In this document: one piece after another, positions 36,401 through 45,400 of the stretch
Layout of the letters: every line of letters begins with the position of its first letter
Position numbering within the stretch: the first letter of the stretch is position 1
Source: an uncultured Eggerthellaceae bacterium
GTDB taxonomy: Bacteria > Actinomycetota > Coriobacteriia > Coriobacteriales > Eggerthellaceae
DNA length: 64,000 nt
NCBI GenBank assembly: GCA_946625225.1
Contig: CAMOTA010000003.1
Span: forward strand, 205 to 64,204
Direction of reading: 5' to 3'
Notes under the pieces: generated by a model
The model's input: only the letters and a program-made list of their open reading frames with translations
Told to the model about the DNA's origin: nothing
The model's database searches: none
Made by a program: the position numbers and the translations under genes

Positions 36401-39400
36401 CTGGTCGCCGCCGTTGCAATTTTCAAAGGTGCAATCCGTCACAGTGAGCTGGTCGCCATAGAAGTGAATCGCGCCGCCACCGATACGGCTGCCAGATTGC
36501 ATTGTGGAATTGCAGTTGGAGAATGTGCAGCCCATAACGGTCAGCACGGAGTTCGCTCTGGCAGTATTGCTATTGCTGCCAAAATGATCGTCAATATACA
36601 GAGCGCCGCCGTTTTGTGCATAGACGTTGACAAAGTCTACTGTGTCAACCTCGACCGCAAAATAGGAAATGCTAACCGCGCCACCCGCGCTATTGCCGCG
36701 AACGCTCTTGCCGTCGATAATCAGATTTCTTAACGCCAGCTTGCTGTCCGCATCCCCTGCCTCGGATGTGATCATAGAGTTTGTATTTTCTGAGTCGCGG
36801 CTGAGAATCGCTCGATCCGCCTCGCCGATGTAGGGGTAAAGCCCCACTTCCTTCGCCGCAGTGGTGATAGTGATGTCATATCCCTTGGGAATGTTCACAA
36901 CATCGGAAGCCGGGAGCAGATAATCCGTCACCATCTGAATGGCGGCCTTCTTTGCCGTCGCCAGCGCATAGGGCGGATTTGCCCCGGTTGTCGCCACAAT
37001 ATCTGCGATCGCATCGCTGATCTTGCCGTAAGGATGCTCGACGCCATCTGCGTCCACGACCTTGCAGATGATCTTATTGTCGCCGAAGATAATGTTGTAG
37101 GTTCCCGCGCCAGTCAACGTCGTGCCTGTCAGCTGGTCGAACGAGCCGTCGGAAGCGACGATCACCGTCTCCTCGATAAGACTGGCCTCGGCCCCGCGAC
37201 GCAGCCTGACGCTGCCGCCCGTCGTCGTCTCGAAACTCCCATCCAGCTTATAGGCCATATTCTGCCCGCCGGGAATCAGAAGGTTGACAGACTGTCTGGC
37301 TGCAAGCGTCAGGTCGTCCGCCGCAATCGGCAGCAGCGCAGTGCGAATCGCGCCGTTTTTGGCGAAGACCATGCCGTAGCCCGTAGATTCAGCGCTGTTG
37401 AGGACGCTTACTTCGGTGCCATTCACGGTCATCCGCAAATCGCTGATCCTCAGTTGCTCCTCGGTGTTGTTCTCGATGGAAACATAGCCGGGCTCGGAGT
37501 AAATTATGTATATTCGACCGGGAAGATCCGCCGTCTGGCCGTTGCGCATTTCGACCTGCCATTTTTCCGCCGTCGTGTTCCACACGAGCTTCGAGATGTC
37601 ATAGCTGTAATCCGGCGCGTCGTAATAGAACGCGGCTCCGAACGTGGCGTTTTTATGGCTGCTCAAACCATTTCTGACAGCTGAGCTCTTCGTGTAAACG
37701 TCGCTGGCAAGCTCGGACAGAGCCACTTCCCCTTCGCCGTTTATGGTCGGATAGAACATGCCGACGTCCGCTACCGTTGTCCCTCTGCCGGCGGATGTTC
37801 CGTTCGGAAGCCCGCTCGCATAACTTGCCAGATACATAACCTCGATTCTGACGCCATTGCCCCAATACAGCTTCTTCGCCGCCGTGTCGCTTTGAACCGT
37901 CAGAGATGAGTACCGGTCGTTCTTGACTTTAGCCGCATTGCTGTTGCTCGTGTAAACAGCAAACCTCGCGCCGGGAACACTGCGTGTCGGCACAACCGCA
38001 TCGGGAACATAGATACCGATATCCGCGTTGCCGCCCAGGGTGTCGATATTTATGATCGCATCGCTGTCCTGATCGAGGTAGACGTTGCTTTGCGGTGCAT
38101 CATCCGCTGTTCCGAGCTTATTGCCCGTAATCTGCGCATCGCCGGTGAAGTACAGGCGGGTGTTCTCTCCGCCGACGCCGACAGCACCGCCGTCCGTGGC
38201 GGTATTTCCCGTATAGCTTCCTGCGCTTACATTGACCCTGCCGGTATTCGCAAAGACCGCAGCTCCATTGATTGCGTTGTTGCCGGTGGCGGTAACAGAG
38301 GTCAGTGCAAGGGAACCGCTGTTGAGAAAGACTGCGCCGCCGTTGCCAGATGCCGCGCTGTTATTGGTGAGCTGGGTATAGGTTGTGGCGCCGCTCTCGG
38401 TATAGCCAGACACGGTTGCTGCTCCGCTGCCCACATAGAGCGCACCGCCATCTCCGGCGGTTGCCGTATTTCCGGTCATGCTCCCGCCGGACACCGCCAC
38501 ATTGCCGCTGCCCGCGTATATTGCGCCGCCGCTTGTTCCTGCGATGTTGCCAGCGTCTTCCGCAGTGCCGCCAAAGGTGCTGTTTGTTGCGGTAACCGCA
38601 CCCGTGTTGGCATAGACCGCGCCGCCGTTTGCGCCGGCGCTGTTGCCAGCCAGGGTGGTTCCCGTAATGCTGACCGCGCCAGTCCCGGCACAAATCGCAC
38701 CGCCGTTGCCGGTGGTCGCGGTGTTGCCGGCGATAATCGGAGCAATTATCTGTCCTTCGGATTCAGAATTCCCCTCGGCATGCGCGGCAACGGTCACCGT
38801 GCCGCCTATGGCGTTGATCGCGCCGCCGTCGGCGTTCGCCGTGTTCCCGGACAAGCTGCCGCCGGATACCGTCACAGTGCCGGCGCCCGCATGGATCGCG
38901 CCGCCGCTGCCTGCCGCTGCTGTGTTTCCGGACAGGCTGCCGCCGGATACCGTCACAGTGCCGGTGCCCGCATGGATCGCGCCGCCGCTGCCGGTAGACG
39001 CCGTGTTGTTGTCAACCGTACCGCCGGAAACCTCGACCGCGCCGGAAGCGGCATACACCGCACCACCCTCTTTGGCGGTGTTGCTTCTGATTTCCGCTGT
39101 ATCGGATATCGCAACACGAGCGGCATTCGAGTAAACAGCGCCGCCGTTGCCGGAAGCCGCATTGTTGTTCGATACGCTGCCGCCGGAGACGGTCACAGAG
39201 CCCGTGTCAACGCGGATAGCGCCGCCGTTGCCGGTGGTCGCGGTATTTCCCGTGACAGCCGGTTTCACGCCTTCCGCCGTTTCGGATATGCTTATCGTTC
39301 CGGTCTCGGCATAAATCGCGCCGCCTTCCATCGCAGTATTGCCGGTAATGCTGCCGCCCTGATCGACCTCGATCACGACAGTACCGGAGCAACGAACCGC

Positions 39401-42400
39401 GCCGCCGTTGCCGGATTCTGCCTTGTTCCCGGTTATTCTAGACGTACCGGAAACCTTGACCGTGCCCCCGGCGAGCCAAATCGCGCCGCCGTCGCCGCTC
39501 GTTGCAGTGTTGCTTTGAATCGTGCCCGTTCCGCTCAGGGTGATGGCGCTGTTTCCGGAATGGTAAATCGCGCCGCCCTCAGGCGCGCTGCAGTTCTGGA
39601 TTATGCCGCCGATGGCGATATCTCCGGCAGTGGCGTTAATCGCACCACCACCAACAGCGTTCTGGATCATCGCGCCAGAGCCAATCGTCAAGTCACCCGC
39701 GCTCCGAATTACCGGAGAGGTTGCTTCTACAGAACTGCCTTCCAAGGTCACGTTCGTTATCGTCAGCGTACCGTTGTTGGTGAACAGCGGCACATCCGCC
39801 AACTCGGCCGTCCTGGTAATAACGGCCACATGCCCCACACTCTCCGCGGTCGTCAGCGTGATATTGCACCCGTTCGGAATTTCCACGGTATCCGCTGCAG
39901 GCATGAGATAGTCAGTCAGCATCTCGGCAGTTGCCGTTTTCGAGGCGATTTCATTCTCTACGTAATCCACCATACTCCGCAGGGTATAGAAATAATGATC
40001 GTCTATCCTGCAGATCGCCTTCGGGCTGTTGGTCAGGTCTACTTTCTTTTCTGAATCCAACGTGAAAGAAACCGAGGTGTTGTCCGTTACCGACATCGGG
40101 CTGGTCGAGCTTTCAACGATGGATCCGGTCCTTGCCGCAAGCGTGTAGTTCTCGTTACCGCTTTCGGCAATGGTGTATTCGCCCTTGCCGAGTCCCTTGA
40201 TCCTGATTTTCGTGCCATCCGTCACGGTGAATGTAATCGTGCCCGGCTCGGTCCCGTTGGCGGGAGTGGCAGTCACGGTCGCGCTCTCCGCACCGTCCGC
40301 AGCATAGCTTTCCTTTGTTATTGCCGTAGAGCTGATGGTCGCGGTAAAGCTTGATTCGCTGAAAATCGCATTCTCTCCGCTCTCGGATGTGTCCACCGTT
40401 TTGCTGATCTGGAAATCGTAGCCGCGCTCGGTATAGATGGCATAGATGGTCGGCGTCCCGGACAGGGGAAGGTCTTTCCACGTGGCCCCGTCAAAGCTGT
40501 ACTGCAGGGTATTGTTCTGCACGCTAAGCTGCATGGTCAGGGCATCGCTCGTGTCCAGCTCGGAGCTGTTCTCTGCGCCTGCGTTGCCCGCGCCGATCTT
40601 CACATAGCTCAGATACCGCTCGGACAGGCCATCGTCAAGCACGGGAGGCATCCGGAAGTTGTTCCCGTTCTGGCTAATGGCAAAGCCGGAGAGCGGAATC
40701 TCGAAGTTCTCGTTCTGCGCAACGGTTTTTCCATTCATGGTAAGCAAGGCGTGGCTATAGGTCACGGAATTGCTTTCCTCGATGCTTCCCGTCGTTGAAT
40801 TCTCGAGGCAGCCCGTAATATCCGTCAGCGTACCGTCAGCCGTTTCCTTAACATAGCGGATTCTGGGCATGGGGTAGTAGATGTAGTAAAGCTGGCTATC
40901 CCCCAATTCGGATATCGTATTCCCATCGCCGTCTTTCAATACCAGCTCGTAGACATCGCCTTCGACCTGGGCATAGGCAATCGACACAACCTCCGTGCTC
41001 CCCACCGTAATGGCGCTGCCTTCCGAGCCGGTACCGGACATGACCGCACCGAAGGCGTAGGTATTCGTATCGCCCCTGAACACGCCCTCGTGTTCAACCT
41101 GATGCGCTTCGTCCCCTTCTCCTTCAGTCGTGGAATATGCGACTGCCGGTAGTTTTGCAAGGAGCGTTTCGCTTGTTCCCAACGCCAGGTCAAACTTGTA
41201 ATTCGCCTCTGTTGCGTTTCTGAGCGCGGTATCCCTTTGGATAATCCCGCCGTTGGTGCCGTCATTCTCCACCATCGCAACATGGACTTCCACGGGAAGG
41301 GCCTTGTGGGTGTTGGTAAACGCCACGTTCTGCGTGCCGCCGGAGCCGGTCGCGGTATACGTGTACCGATAGGGCTCGGACTCCTGTTCTGCTCCATTTA
41401 TCGCTGTCGTGAAGGCATCGTTGGCCGTCTGCGTGATCCTGGCGGTTTGGGCGGTCACCGTGGTCGTGGTGGTTACTTCACGCGTATTGCCGCCATTGTC
41501 CTCGCCCTCTGTCCGGCTGATCGTTTCGCTGTAGAACAGAATCGACGAATTCGCCTCGCCGTTTTTGAGGATATAGGGCTGGTTGCCTTCCGCAGCAGTG
41601 TCGAAAATCGTTTCGGGCGTTCCGGTCGTCGTGGTCTCTGTCGGATCGCCGCTGTCTTCCCATTCCCCGCTGTCGTTCTTCGTCTGCGCCTGCACGGACA
41701 CCGTAGTCGTAGTAGCCTCCGTCACCAGCAGATCGAAGGTAAACGGCGTGTCCATGACGGCGCCGGTTCCTACGGTCTTCTCGTCGAACATGACCACTGT
41801 GGGCTGCTGGCTGTAATAGACCACATAGAGCTGTGGCGCGTAACCGCAACTTGTCCAGACCGCGTTGTCCCCGGCCTCTGTAGCGTATTCAAATCCACGC
41901 CAGGCGTTCCGGACTCGCAGCGTTGGAACCGGGTCGCTCGGACCGACGGCGTTCGTGATCAGGCTCAGATTCGAGGCATTCATCTGGGTCTCGCCGCCCG
42001 CGTCCACGCTGCCAATGGCAAAGGCATAGTTCGTGAACCCGGACGCAAGGTCCAGAGGTGCAGTGAGTTGGCTCGACATGTTGTATTCGCCGAGAAGGGC
42101 ATCCGTCGCCGTCGGAGCTTCAGACGTTGTCGCGTTCTCCAGCACGCCGCTCGAGGCCATGCTCTTGTAGCCGATGTTCAGCGCCTTTTTCTGATAATAG
42201 ACGAAGTACAGCTCTTCGCCCTCGTCGAGGACGCTGAAGGTCGACTCTCCCGCATATTGCACCTGTATCTTCTTGTTCTCGTATTTGATGGCCGTGACCG
42301 CATTGTCCTCGAAAATGGAATCCAGATCGCTCGCCACGGCGACGAAAGCAAACTCGTAGTCGCCGGAAGGCGTCGTCACATGGCTTGCTCCGTTCAGCGC

Positions 42401-45400
42401 CGTCTCCGTAGCGGATACCGTCACGTCCGTAACGTTCCATCCGTCCGCACCTGTCTTATCTTCCAAATCAGCCGCAGATGCATCCACGGCATGGACGGGC
42501 ACGGTGTTTGCCTCGCCCCAATAGGCGTACAAATCCAGCGCACCGGTTACCTGCTGCGAAAAGTCATATTCCGTATAGGAATACGGATTCGCTTCGTCCC
42601 CCGTGGCAGTTCGTGTTGCCCAGTAACGGAACAGGCGCCCATCCTCTCCCGCATAGACGGGGACCTTGTCCGGTTCTGAAATGGTGGTTCCGAGATTTGC
42701 GGTCTGGGAATAGGCATCGCCTGTTCTCGTATAAACTGCCGTGTCCCACGCTTCGTCACCCCAATTGGCATCCGCGCTGTTCAGGTTATACGTCACCTGA
42801 GCACCCCAGACGGCGTAGAGGGTTGTGGCTTCCGAAACGCCGTATATTACATCGCCTTCATTGGAATAGTATGTCGCGGAATCATCGCAGACGGCTTTAT
42901 CACTCCACCCAAGGAACGTGGCATTGGAACCCGACGGCGCGGAAAAGCCCGTGCCGTCGCTCAGCTTGAACTTGCTATTGTTGACCAGTCCGGAAACGGT
43001 GGCAGTTCCCGCAGTCGCATCGACCGTGCCGGATGCCGCATTCCATTCATCGGTAGCACTATCCGGAGCCTTGCCGAAGTTCACATCATTTTCAGCAACC
43101 GTGCCACCATTGGCGTTATAGACGATAGCGGCCGTTCCGACTTTCGCGTAAACAGCATCCAGATAGACGACGTCCTTGCCGCTGACACGCTTCGCATCGT
43201 CTGCATGCAAGGTGAAGGTTTGACCCGGCGCATAGACCGTAGCACTGTCGTCGCCCCGTACCTGCCAGCCGACAAAGGCGTATCCTGCCGGAGCAATGGC
43301 AGACTGCGCTAGGGCAACCTCTGCATAGTCGGCATAGCCTTCGGGCAGCAGAGCGCTCTTCGTCCCGTCTTCTAGCGTTCCATCGCCTGCGTCGTAGGCG
43401 AGGTAATAGGCGCCCTCCTTCTTCCAATGGAGACGAAGCTTGGTATTGTGGTCGGTATGCTGGCTGAAATCGTAGGGCTCTGCCGCCTCTCCGATCTCGT
43501 TTCCGTCTGCATCCAGGTACACCTCGTACCATCCCGCATAGGTATAGACGCCCGGGGCATATTCAAAGGTGGTATCCTCCGTGGCTAGAGCTGGATTCTG
43601 CGTATAATAGGTATGGCGATCCGCCCAGCCATTGCTTCCTCCCTTGCCGTCTCCGGAATGATCGACAAAGTACCAGGTACCTGAACTTGACTCCACATAG
43701 TCCCGGGTAACATGGGTATACTCGCCGATCGGCTCGCCTTCAAAGCTGGACCAAAACCAGGTCGCACCGGTTCCAGCGCCATTTTCTTCAGCGTACAGAG
43801 CGCCGTAATTCGGATCGATGGTTACCATATACCAGCCGGTTTCCCATCCGGCGTATACGGTGAGGTCATGGTCCGGCATTTTGCTGAGATTCGCGGGGAT
43901 CGTGCAAGCCTGGTCTAGATACCAGTTGGAAAACACATATCCGCTCCGGCCGGAGGTCGGTTCTTCGGGGATTTTATCCGCGATAGATGCATCATAGGAG
44001 ATGTCCGGGTAATTCACCGGAAGGCTCTCGCTCGTTTTTCCTGCTTCCGTAACAGAATCTACGAACGTCAGCGTATAGGACCCGCTGGGGACATAGCCGC
44101 TGTTCTTGTCGTAATAGACATTCAGCACCAAACCGCCGTCCGCGGTGATGCTTTTTGCATCATCGCAGCGAGAATAACTGTACCCCTCGTAAGACCTCTG
44201 CGTATACTCGGCCGGAACAGACGCCGACGCTCCGATTGTGCCGGTAAGGATTGCGCTTTCGGCGTAGGAGTAGGTCTTGTTTTCATCCTCGAGGCCATCT
44301 GCGTCGGACGGGTTTTGCCTCCAGACGACAACCTGGTAATCTGCCGTCGTTGCTGCCGTCCAATATGCGTATAGCGTAGTGTCCGCTCGTAGATAGAGCT
44401 TTCCTGCGCTGATATACGCGCCTGCATCATCCGCGCTGCTTACCAGGCTGCCATCCGCGTTGGTAATCTGGGCACCATAGTTCACGGTTTCGACCGTGCT
44501 GCTTCCTTCTGTCGTGGTCGCCAGCGTTCCCGTGTACCAGCCGCCAAAGGTAAAGCCATCCATGGCGGTAGTCGGAAGCGGAACGGGAATTGCGTCACCG
44601 GCGAAATAGTCTGCCGGAGGCACATAATCCGCTCCCTTACCCGACTGCGCCGCATAATAGGACAGCCGGTGGACTTCCCTGAAAATCGGGTAGAGATGCT
44701 TCTCTCCGGAGACCGTAATACAGCCTTCCGCATCGGCAAAAATGGCCGCGACATCGTTTCCTTCATCGTCCTTTGCCGCGCCAGGGGTAGTGATCGGCGT
44801 TTCAGACCATCCGAAGAAGGCCATCTTTGCACCGCCGCTGCTGGTATATGTTGTGCTGAGGTCGCTGATGTTTACCGTAGCGGAAGTGGTGGCGGACTCT
44901 CCTTCCCCAGCCGTCACAAGCTCTGCCCTGCGCGTATAGGCCACCGGGAAAGTCTTCGAATCAGAGTCATATTGGTCATGGAAAATGACCGTCGCATAGC
45001 TTTTATAGACAGCGTACAGATCGACTGCGCTGTTTTCCGTGATCGTTATGCTATCGAAGTTATAGGGTTCATCATCGAGCGTTAACGAGCCGCCAATCGT
45101 GCTTCCTTTATACCAACCGGCAAACACCTCTGTGTCCGTAGATGCCAACTGCGGCACGATAAGTTCCTCGCCGCTGGTAATTGTCTGCTTGAAGACTGTA
45201 CGCCCCTGAGAATCCGTAAAGGAATACTCTTTATATGTGCCGGGCGCGTCCTCGTTCGGAATCCAGAAGGTATACGTGCTCTGGGGCGTAACGGTCTGGC
45301 CGTCGCTGCCAATCAAAACATACACCGAGAATCCGTCGGTCTCGAAGTCAACGGATTCTCCGCGTACGGTTGCATCCATGACCCGGGCATCTTCTCCGGC

